Source: Catajapyx aquilonaris
Lineage: Eukaryota
Direction of reading: 5' to 3'
DNA: 57,381 nucleotides
NCBI GenBank assembly: GCA_000934665.2
Contig: KZ539334.1
Coordinates: forward strand, 1-57,381
The translations under genes and the position numbers were made by a program. This document shows, piece by piece, positions 39,001-50,296 of this stretch (positions are counted from its first letter, which is position 1; each line of letters begins with the position of its first letter). The notes under the pieces were generated by a model, which did not search any database, was not told where the DNA came from, and saw only the letters and a program-made list of their open reading frames with translations.

Positions 39001-41704
39001 GAGAGCTCTTATTGACATTTTTGCTGCCGTCTCCACGACGCTAGATTGAAACGGGGTCGATCTTTGCAGGGATCCCTTTTACACGACAGAGGCTGCTGGC
39101 ATATTGAAGCCTGAGGTTGGAAGCAGCCGAGAAGAAAATCCGCACAGGAGGCGACTTGTTCCTATCGGCAAATATCAAGGCCTTGATTGACAGGCCAATT
39201 GGTTCCTGAATGTAACAGGAATGGAAAGAATTTATTGTGGCAGCCAGATTGGAGTGAATGGCGGGGTGGAGGGAGGATTGGGGAAGAGGATAAGAGGGAA
39301 GGCACAAGGGGAGAAGGGATGTGGTTTTATTGGTTGTATTGTGTTCGCTTACAAGAGCAGCGGCTGGATAGGTCCAAGGACCTACACCGGGAACTGGGAT
39401 TTGCCAAAAGCCTCTTTTCCGTTTGCCACCAGCTGTTCCTGAAGATGAGTCCTCCGACGCCCTGCACAATAGGGAGGTGCAGGCTGCCCCATGCAGATCC
39501 GATCTGCCCGCTTATACACCTTTCTCTAATCTCCCTTTGTCCTCGGATTTACGCTTGGGTCTAAGGGCTGGCTTTTCACTCCACACACCATTTACAAACT
39601 ACTACAACAATGACCAAAAAAATTACATTCAGTACTGTTGTGCTCAAAGGACAGGTTTCTCTATTTTCACTTTTGCAAGGGCTGCAGTATTAAATTGTGT
39701 TATTGATTTTGTGCAAGCTACCAGTTTTCGAAGCCACAGGCACTTGTCTGGATTTTTTCCAGGTCTAGCGCAAAATAGTTGAGGTGCAGAGCATTGTAAT
39801 TTTATTGCCGCCGAAGCCCTCGGCGATATATAGAGCGAATGCTGATGCGAAAGGATTACCGCTACGTACAGGATAAAAACACTCTGTCATGCAAAATGCA
39901 ATAATGGATATCAAAACCTTCCACGTTTTACGAGCCCAAAATTTTCAGTCCAGGACTCTCCTTCCACTTGCACTAGTTCCAATCCTGTACCATCGCCTTG
40001 AGCGTAATCATTAGCACAGCGTGCAATAAAGCCTCCATCATTGTGTACACGCATTCGGAAGGCCCCGGAGGAGCACACAAGTGATGGGGAGAAAACCGTG
40101 TGCATTGTCAAATATAAAAGACACAGAGAAAAAAAAATCTCTTGCAATCATGTTCCCCTCTTTGGCATCCCCTTTCCCCATCAGCAGACTCCCCTCTTAC
40201 TTGGGTCGGGTGTTTCAGAGGCTGCTGGCAATACGCAGCCGATCATTTCCCTATCGGGCATTGATCAGTCCAGCGCTCGTCCGACGGATAGACGAATCAC
40301 TCCAGAGGCTTTGGGCTGCCCACCTCATGTTACATTCATGAGAGGGATAGAAGGTGGCGGATCAGAAAGGCCAAGCCGACGTACCATGTGTTGCGATCAA
40401 TCTCTGAATCTGCACTCTTGCTAATTATTTCGGATGCAATAATTGTTTGGATACTAGTCTATCTACTGTTGCCTTAGGTCTATCTTTTCAGGATAGCGAT
40501 ATGTGCTGAGTGTGTGTTCAGTTTTGTGCATTTATCATGCTCGTCAGCATTATGGGGTTCAAGTGTTATTAATTATTATGTGTCTTTATGTCGGACGCCC
40601 TTGCTTTCCTCCACATATGCGTTTCTTATAAAGAAAAATGCGACGAATGCACATGCAAGGTCATCTGCTCAGTGTGGTGAGAATCCTGCAAGATGCCGGT
40701 GAGCAGTTAACGACATACGGTATGTTATTGTTATCTTATCTTCGGGATCAGCATTGCTGACAGTACTAAACAAGATGGCAGACAGAGGAACAGAATTCCA
40801 TGGAATATGTGGAAGGACTTTCGTAATGTGAGACCGAATGTGGCAGGGGTATAGGAGCACGCTGCACCAACCTACCCCAGGATCTAACCTTCCTTCCCGG
40901 CGGATACTAGATCATTCAGCGGATACACGCCTAGGAGAGTAGGTAAAAGTGCGGGGTCTCTCGATACGAAAGCGTAGTCCTCACGTCACGAGCCCATAAC
41001 GCCTGCTCCCTATATATAACTTATACTGTATATGAACAACCAAACAATCAAAATAATACCTATATTAATTTTCAATAAAAATATGGCCTATACTGTGATG
41101 CACTTCTTTATCAAATTTGTGCCGGCTATTGTGCCAGTAAGGTTCCTCCTCCATCGATTCAGTTTATTGACGTCTGCAAAGTTACGGCTGAGCACCTCTA
41201 CATTTTGCATAGAGAAATTTTTGCCTTGGTCTGAGTCCAGAAATAATCCTGCTGCCACCAGGACGAACCTTTACCTCAACAACATTCATTGGGAGTATCC
41301 TTTATGTTAGATTCATATAGCAAACTGCTATTATACAGTAGGCCTACAGTAATTTCATTCGAAGACCTTTGATACTGGCCGCACGTTAGAGGTCGATACC
41401 TTGGCCAGCAGGAATCCGTTATAAATAGGCTATACATATCTATCTGCATTGTTCTTGTTTTAAGTGTGTGTGCTAAATTCATTAGTCACGCAGTTATCAA
41501 CCAGTCACAAAAATAGTCCTTTTAATTCACCAGCCAGCACCCATAATGTTGAGCTGTTAAAGATGATTACGTGAACGTAATTAAACAGACAAAACATCAC
41601 TTTATGAAATACTGTGTGTATCGTAAATAATTGCAAGTTACAAGACACTCACTGTCCTGATATAACCTACTATGTATACAGTACATAGCCTGACCTCCAT
41701 CCAG

Positions 41705-41758
41705 TTGTTTGGGGCGAAAGTAACAATCATGGTAACAATCGATTTTCGCCCCAAACAA
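41705..41758. repeat. Inverted repeat, 15-bp arms, with internal GTAACAATC x2
   Basis: TTGTTTGGGGCGAAA (41705-41719) / TTTCGCCCCAAACAA (41744-41758). Confidence 0.8.
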
Positions 41759-42020
41759 TTATTGGATTCATCGCTGATCAAATCGCTCACATGTAAACGC
41801 GGCTTATACTTTGAGCACTAAAAAAAGTATTTTTACGCAATAAATTTAGCCTTGCATGTTAAAAGCATAATTAATACGTTGGGCATCAACATTATCCATA
41901 CCCCTTCCATTGTTGACTTCGAAGTCATGTTGTTGTCAAGGATATTTTGTGTTCACTGTTACATTATTGACACATATACCGAATCCAAACCAGACGTGTT
42001 TTTGCCTTATCGCTTTTACG

Positions 42021-42427
42021 ATGAGTACCTCAGCAGGTATATCACCTCAATCCTCATTTATATGTTACTCTTATATTAGTTATGTATTACTTAACAAAAT
42101 TACTGCTCTTTCAGCCAAGGAGGGGTACGAGGAGGGGCCCGACGAGATAACAGATCCTCCAAATGTCGCTGATCCTGCCGACCCAGGTAAGCATCAATAG
42201 CTGGTAACGTTATTAAGTATATGGTAGCGTAGTATGCAAAATGCCATGTTTAATTCTCTCACGTCTTTGGTTTCTCATCAGATTCCTCCAGCCATCCAGA
42301 GGATATTTCCCTGCCGAACATATTCGCAGATCCTGGAATACTGTGGGTAGACGCTATGACCGGAGCCTTCTATACTTATGTGATGTTCATATGCCTGAAG
42401 GCCGCATTTGAAATGTGGATGGGATAG
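42021..42427 (+). CDS. Candidate small spliced gene, unknown 77-aa acidic/Pro-rich protein with hydrophobic C-terminus; join(42021..42036,42115..42186,42282..42427)
   Basis: GC-richer blocks in AT-rich surroundings, bounded by CAG|gtatat, tctttcag|, CAG|gtaagc, tttctcatcag|. All phase 1; 234 nt total, open to TAG. The first exon/start is the least certain part. Confidence 0.5.
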
Positions 42428-43098
42428 AAATTAGAGGCAGATTCTATGAATCCATGCATACCTATTTGAACCAAATGTAACAGGTTGATGAATATATCAA
42501 ACGGAAATCTCCTATCCTCTTATTCCTTTTGTAATAGGATATTGGTCGTGTTGAACTATGCTTATAGTAATGATGAATGATGCCTCATTAGACTAAGGTT
42601 AGATAAGATAGCGAGCTGATAAGTTATCCTTTTTAATGTGAATGTGAAGTTGTAAAAAAAATAACCGCAAAAATACACAGGCTTCTCTCACATTTGTCGA
42701 AGTAGCTGCCCAGGAGAGGGTTATAGAAAGTGTCACCGGAGGATCCCAGTAAGATTAGCACCAGTTGGCCATATTAATTTTTTGTTACTTTATGAACACG
42801 AATTGATTTGTTTTATTTGGGATGAAAGTGTCATGTGGTACCAGCTATGAAGACACGCTGTCGTATTTTCTTCACGGGGCAACATTTGAAGTCAGCTTCC
42901 ATTAGACAGTACACAGGTAAGTTATAAGATATGGAGCTCTAATCTATATTAAAGAGTCACATCTCAGGCATCACTATACGTAACTCCATTTAACCAGTTG
43001 GAACTATTTTGGTGAAATTACTGAGCTATTACTATAATATATTTAACTTTTGTTCAATTCGGAATAAAGTAATTTTGATGGGATTGGTGACGTATGTT

Positions 43099-43188
43099 GG
43101 CTGTGTGGAGTAACGAGTTAAGCGGACATTTACCGGAACCCGAAATGTATAAAGTCCCAGGTTCGATACCCTCTGGGAAGCAGGTTTT
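43099..43188 (+). mobile_element. Degenerate tRNA-like / SINE-head fragment
   Basis: A-box-like TGGAGTAACGAG (about 43106-43117), B box GGTTCGATACC (43160-43170) preceded by GTCCCA, then TTTT (43185-43188). Cloverleaf not intact. Confidence 0.4.
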
Positions 43189-46100
43189 AATAAGAAAGGA
43201 AAAAATATTCATGATAATATTGCATGTGTATTTACTCGTATTATAGGTATAGTGATATGGGGCAATAAATTTTGCGTACTCAATATTGCAACAATAATCT
43301 AATCCCCAATGTTACAGAGACATGAGCATGGATGCCCACATCCCAAGCAAAAGTAACACTGAAAGTTCACTTATGTACCGTAATTTTTGTATGGGGTATG
43401 AGTGACATTCCAGGGAAGGGGGAAGTAAACGGAAGTAATGTTGCAATAAATAACATGTAATATGGCCCAAAAATCACTACCGGTACTATAGGGCCTATCA
43501 GACTTAGCTAGTCCAGCATATCATTAGGGAGGTACCGGTACACCCCAAAAGCGTGGAGCAAAGCAGAGCACTGGAATGAAACATTATGCTGACAACGGAC
43601 TTAGCGCTGATTACCCAACACAAGGGTGGAAGTGAGAAAAGCCTGTCATAGTGTCAGAAAAACACCGCCCGTCAACTTAATCTGGATGAAGCTGGGTCCC
43701 AAATTCCCAAAGCAGGTATTTCAAGTGCATCCGGGATGGAGACATCATAAGTGTCACTCCCCTCGAGTACGATTGTCCTGACAGTTTCATTAAGCGAGAA
43801 TGGATTTATTTAGCGGGCGAGAATAACGAAGCGTTTGAGCGAATTAGAACCGCATTCATCTTGTGACTCACGTTCCTCTTCCCCAGTGCAAAGAACAGAT
43901 ATGAAATGTGGAAGTGTGCCCTAATCGGATAATATATGGGTAGGGAATTTATTCGGGGGATCTCTCCGGAGGGACGGCTGCCTTCTTTCACGCCTCCTAC
44001 TCTGTAATATAACTCTATCAACAACATTCAATGCCATGGAAGGGCCCGGGATCTGAACTAAAGGTTGCACTTGAGAATTTGGCCCCAACAGATGGGGGCT
44101 CAGCTGACCTATAACATTTCTAATATGATTTATGAACTAGTCTTCAAGTGTCTTTACTCATTGGTCGTCATGAATTTATGAGTCGGATCCTGCTTTACAA
44201 TGTAGTAATGTCTCGTAAGAAGCAACAGATGAGCAGCAACTTTAGCGGAGACAGATGCCACATCTACGAACCGCGATCGATCAAGACACCTGTTGGTAGA
44301 TGAAGAAAGATCTCCGGGACAATTTCAAGTCATCATATAACCATGCACGCCTCAAGAGACTCATGCCATTCACGAAGTCTCCACACCTGATTGACTTCAC
44401 GTTAACCTTGCCAGCCTTTGTCAACCTCTTTAATATTCTGGAAAGAGAGGTTTCGTTCCTGTATCTGGTCCTCGTCTAGATCTAATTCTAGACTAACAAC
44501 CCTGCCATATATTTTCAGTACAATTACGGCTTTGGGGCGGGTCGCTAGGAATGGGGGGGTTTACACAGCGGCTTCCTATCCTTTTCATCATGAGGCTGTT
44601 AGTGGAGATTTCCAAAATAGGGTTTCTCTGCGGATTGCCAGACAAATGTTGGTTATTTTCGAGCAGAAAATCCGTAATTAAACTCTCGGACAACCGTTCT
44701 TAATAGCCTCACTCACGGTGCATTAGCCGGACATTCAATTTCAAAGGATTTTGATCACGGTCATCAGCCTAGCGTTCCCAGTCCAATCTTCAATAGTAAA
44801 TGGAGCAGTTGAAAAAAAAAATACCCACCCTCCCCCTACCATTGATCAGACTCGATCGGCAGTTCCCAGAGTGATAAGATTATGCAAACTCAGGCGCTAA
44901 TCCCGCTTTCGAAAGCCGGCTCTTTACTTTTCTTGGCGTTTCGGTGATCACTTTCACCATGGACATGTAAATTTACTCTAGGCTGCTGATGAGGTCCCGG
45001 GCAGTAAACACCGGAGTCTCATCGGCCCGAGTTAACCCCTTGTCAAAACCAAGCGGCATTTAGAAGGCTTCCAATCAGTCCTTCCAATCTGGAGGCCTGG
45101 TCTTGAAAGGGTTAACCGGTAATGAGGCAATAAACCTCTTCAAGTCCCCCCGCTGCTCTCCAATCCGAGGAAACAAGAGCCGACGTCAGGTGCATCTCCA
45201 CTCGGCCATTTCGGAGCCAATAATTGGAAAGGTTATCGTCTATCAGCATCCGAGTGGGGGGAAAGGATTCCAAGTCGAATTTTATTAGGTCTCATTCACT
45301 CCTATAAAACAGAGCTCCAATCCTCTACTTAGATAACTGAAATCTAAAATGGAGTTGATGAACATCACTGCAGCCGCCATTTAAAAAAAAGGGGGGGGGG
45401 GTTTCTAGGAGAAAAGAATTGTAAATCAGTCAACCCTTCGAGGGGTTGGGGGGGGGGGGGGGNNGGGGGGGGGTTGGGCAGACAAGAACCAGAATGTGTG
45501 TATTTGTATGGTTGGTGGAGCGTGGCAGGCAAACCGCAACATTCGTCACCATTTTGCACGCTTACTCTGAAAAACTCCCCCCTACCGTCCTCTTAATGGG
45601 GACGAACATGTTTTGCGAATTTCCGTTTCAAGGATCATAAATTTTCAGGTCCTTTTTTCGGTTCCCTTGAAGTGATTCGACACGCTACGAAATACCCTGG
45701 GTGATATCACTGCATAAACAATCAGTCCATGAATCGCATCCGCAGTCGTCGCTGTCACTTATCTACAATTCCCACCTTTTCTTCGCAAGCTGTCGCCCCA
45801 AGTGCCGCCATATTTTTTGGGAGGAAAGGCGTCCTGAGAGTGTTTCCAGCATGGCGTCTGGAACCCCGAGGGGTCGAAATGACACTCGCGCCTCCCTTGC
45901 AGGGGTAATCGAGCATGAATGCTTGCCTGTTTTCAAGGCTGGGGTGCAATGTGCCAGAGGGGGCCAAAACCTAGCGTTTATGAAATTCTAGAAAACCAGA
46001 GGCGCCATCTTGCTCTTACCCAAAGTGCTGGTCTGGAGGGGATGATTGGGAACAAAAACCTCCTCTAATCCCAAACTAATCCTTGATGGGTGCGGACTCC

Positions 46101-49100
46101 GTCACCTCCACCAATACGATCTCCCCTACAGCATCAGGCTCCCTATGGAAATGGGCAATAATGTGGACCCCTGCAATGGCACAAGTGCAGGGGTCTCGTG
46201 GTGGACGCAAGCAAATCATGAGCTGGGAAAGCCCCCTCCACTCCTCTCGTTTTCCTCCAACGGATTCCGTCCGGCTCCAAATGGCTCTAGGAAATCGTTT
46301 ATCAAACTCGCTGCCTACCCATCCCCGAACTACATTTTGTGACTCACATCCCCCTAAAGTACGCACTACCAGCAGAAAACCAGGACAATGTTTTGCGAAC
46401 CTTTTTCAGATGGCCTCGTGCATCTTTTCACTTTTGATGCCCATTAGCCTCCTAACGACTTCCCAGAGGCAGCCAGTGGCAATATGAACGGCCAGGTTGT
46501 GGCTTTTGACCCCCCAAGGGTCCCTCCAGGGCCCAGCATCTTCTTCTTGGATCGATAAACCTGACTTGCTTGGAAAAGAGAGTCTGGCTGCTGGATATGC
46601 CCAGGTGAAATCATTATTATGTTCAAGAGTTGTGGCAGGTCTCAGTCTCATAAATCACGCCACTCAGCACCACCATTTTTCACCAGGCATGTTGACAGCC
46701 CGCAGATTTGGCCTGTTACAGGAGAAGGAACCAGAGGAAAAAATCCGGAAAAAGGATGCAACCCCCAGCATATGGCCACAGAACGTAAGCCAGCTTCCCA
46801 CATCCCGGAGATTTGAGCCAGGGTTTGGCCGCATTCCGGGCGAGTCGACGACAACAGCTTCGTCAAGAGGTCCAGATTTATCGCGTACGAGCAGAGTTCT
46901 AGCCATGGCCACATGGCCACCCCTTGAGAGCAGCTAAAGCAATGTTACCCCCTTGTGATTAATGAGAGCCCAGACATACTGAGGGGTTAATGTGCACTAG
47001 GGGAGACCCTACTTTCCGATACCCATTAGCGTCTGGAGACAACAAGGAGCCGTATCATTTCTTACGATCCGGAAGGAGCTGTACCGTCTTCTAGAACCGT
47101 CATCGATTTGCAGGATTTTGTAAGACATTTACATGCTGGATATGGAAAATATCGCGAAGAAATTTTGATAAGTCTGATTTTGCTGATGTGTAGAGAGACG
47201 GTCTTTATTTAAATATTTTATGCAAAATGACGTTCGTAGTCAAATTTCAGATTCAATTTTCCGAGCCTTGACTGCCAGGGCCTGTCATCAAAGTCAGATA
47301 CGAGGGAAGTGCAAATGGTACTCCCGAAAAAATACCGCCCTTCAGAAGGTTAATTGACTCGTCTGCCTATAGGATTCTGTTCCGGCGAGCGAGTTTCTTA
47401 ACTTTATATCATCATCTTCCCCGGTACGTCTTAAGAAAAAACGGGTCGTAAAGTCCTAGTGGTATCATTTGGCAACGTCAGTTCTGAGTAAAAGCACTCC
47501 CGAGCCGGTCCAGACGACTTGGCCTTGTCTCTGCAACGAGAGTTTGTCGGAAGGGACACTAATGCAATAATGATGATGGATCCAAGGCGGCTCCCCTGAG
47601 GTCAAATGCTTTTCCCAAGTCGCCAGCAAAATGGACTTGCAGGGGACGCTTTTGATAGCTTTGATTGGGCCCTCGTGCTTCCTGCGCCGACAGACATGAA
47701 GACTTTGAAATGTTCCACAACTGCCTGTCGACCAGGCGGAATATTCCCAGCCCTTATCGCCCAGTCTCATCGCCTTCGTCCCGCCTAATCCAGCCACCCC
47801 ATAAATATTTCAAAAGTTCCTCCGTGCTGCCGAATCTGATGTCTTCCGGCCCATCCGTCAAATCATCGCCGAGGAACTTTGCATTTCAGACGCGTCGAGG
47901 CAGAAGAGTCGGACAGATTCATCAAGCTTTCTGTTTACCACTCTTTTTCTGAAAGGTTTCCAAACGATTGCGGACACACGTTTTCTTTCTCCGAGTGCCC
48001 CGAAGAGACCACTATTTGATCACCGGCTCGCTTGGGTTCATACCCACACCTTATTATTCCGAGAGTCTAGAAAATCATTGATGATTTTGCAAGCAGGGCC
48101 TCTATCAAGAAGAGCGTCTGCTGCTGGAAAAGCTCACCCCCCCTTCGTCACCTAATCGGCCAATGCAAACAAGTAGCGCGCTTCACTTCAAGTGCTTCCA
48201 ACACCTCGCCAACAATGCCAGCCCCGAGGCACCATCAGGGGATCAAGCCCATAGGGAAGAGCCGACTACATAGCAAACAGAGCTGCTTTGTCCCCTCCTC
48301 TTTCAAGCTCCTCAACAGACCATGCAGCCAACGGACCGGTCCTGTTTTCACGACATCGCCAGCTGCACTCCTTTTTTGTCACTATAATCCTCATAGGGGA
48401 GAAGGAGGTCTTTTCGTATTTAAATTTATAATTATTTTGGATGCAGTTATTCTGTATCCGTCGGGTCATTACTTGCCTATTTATGCACCAATGCCTTTGG
48501 CCTCCAAAAACATACCTATATTAGCGTGTCGACTTGATTTCTGGATGCGAGGGCACACTTGCATCTCCCAATTTGGATGGTAATTATACCATCATCATGC
48601 ACAACCACACTATCTCGGTTTGCTCGGCATAATGACCGCTCAAAATGATGCCTGTCCGCCTCCGTTTCTGTCTGTTTGTTTCCTGGCCCAGAAAGTTCCC
48701 GAGCCAACAATCGATAGGGACCGGATTATTGGCAAAAATCATACCAGGGGCACCATCAGGCGTCGGAAATGACATGACGTCATGTGCGCTGCTGGTGTCC
48801 CCACGAGGCCCCCTGTGGCGATAGGCGCCAAGGCAATTCGACACTTCACTGCTAATCCCTGCTCCCAATCATCCTCCCCCACCCCTTACCGCCATGCCCA
48901 GGATGGGGGAAAAATCTGCACCCCGCATTTTCCAACCAGTGCGTTTTGCATTTTTACTATGGGTTACTATGCTGCTGCCCCATTCACTCCAGGGGGAAAA
49001 AGGGGGGAGGCTATTCCGAAATCCTCATTGTCGCCTCTCCAAGACTGCCAACTTTTCTGTTGTCACCAGCTATATGTGCCCGCGGTGGTAGATAAATTGA

Positions 49101-49825
49101 ATTGGGTCTGAAAACTAGGAACGAGAGATAGGTAGCTTCACAAGTTTCATGATATTACTATCATTGTGTTGGAGGCTAATTACACAATCAGATAACAATG
49201 TGCCTGAAAACCATTGCGGATTTCGAGGAGGTAATAGGCCTAATAAGCCGGAATGTTATTATTTCCTTCTGCCATGAATGAACACTTTTGTGTTGTTAGT
49301 AGAGGATAGCATGCAAGAGTGGGTTCAAGCTCCTGATAATTCATTTTGATAAAAGGTTTCAAGCTTGGCACGCGTTGCTTTGCAGTTTTTTAAGGGTATT
49401 ACCTTAAATTTTTATGACGCCGTTATTTGTACGTTTTGCACATTACGTTTACTCTACTGTGCAGGTTTCACGGTAGAGTGAAAGCTGAGCTCTTTATGAA
49501 GCACTTGTCTATTATGGGACCTTTCGTCTCGCCAGATTATTTTCGGCTACTCTTTCGTATCGGGAGACCACGCACTTTTACCTATTCTCCTATAGGCGTG
49601 TATCTGTTGAAGGATATGCGTGTATCCACCGGGAAGGAAGGTTAGGCTATGGGGAATATGTTGGTGCAGCGTGCCCCTACCCCCGCCACGTTCGGTCTCC
49701 CATTACGAAAGTCCTTCCTTATTTTCAACTATTTCTGGCTCATATAATGGATTTGTCCTAGATGAAATTTTTGTAGGAGTGAGCTACTCTGCTATAACTT
49801 GTTTAATTGAGTACGGTATTCTTTT

Positions 49826-49826
<1 letters not shown>

Positions 49827-49887
<61 letters not shown>

Positions 49888-50158
49888 ATACCCCGTTATC
49901 AGCCATCGGCTCTTTAGGGGGGAAGTTTGTTTTGCCTGGAACTCTTTGCTTTCATTTTACTGTGTTCATTGGGATAGGATAGGGACGGAAGGAAGCGGCT
50001 GTGGCCTATTAATTACGGAAGCAACTCCGGAATTTTCCTGGAAGGACCGTGGGAAACCACAGAAAACCACGGTCAGAGTTGCCGGCCCCGGGATTCGAAC
50101 CCAGGACCTCCCGATTAGCAGTCGGACGCCTTATCCACTATGCCAACCTGCTTCGGTT
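49827..50158 (-). mobile_element. Full-length tRNA-derived SINE with (TTA)n tail and 12-bp target-site duplication
   Basis: Minus strand: A box TGGCATAGTGG (50135-50145), B box GGTTCGAATCC (50091-50101), body, then about 20 TTA units (49827-49886). Flanked by the direct repeat GGTATTCTTTTT at 49815-49826 and 50159-50170. Confidence 0.9.
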
Positions 50159-50219
50159 GGTATTCTTTTTTATTATTAAAATACCGTATTCCAGTCAGAA
50201 GGCTTGGCCCATACGTGGA

Positions 50220-50296
50220 GTGAGAATTACAAGGTTGTAACAATATATAGGATTTTCATTGCCAGTTACAACCGGTTACAACCTTGTAATTCTCAC
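50220..50296. repeat. Inverted repeat, 22-bp perfect arms, 33-bp spacer (MITE-like remnant)
   Basis: GTGAGAATTACAAGGTTGTAAC (50220-50241) / GTTACAACCTTGTAATTCTCAC (50275-50296). Confidence 0.85.

Noticed and set aside
36815..40816. 17/18-nt inverted match CATGG(A/G)ATATGTGGAAGG between 36815-36832 and 40799-40816 (ITWDMWK versus IPWNMWK)
   Set aside because: A few such matches are expected by chance in 57 kb, and flanking similarity requires several frameshifts.
49620..49982. ORF with poly-Ile resembling a TM segment
   Set aside because: Translation of the SINE (TAA)n tail.
50081..50151. Functional tRNA-Ser(GCT) gene
   Set aside because: Embedded in a SINE with body, tail and TSD; acceptor stem mispaired and long variable arm missing.
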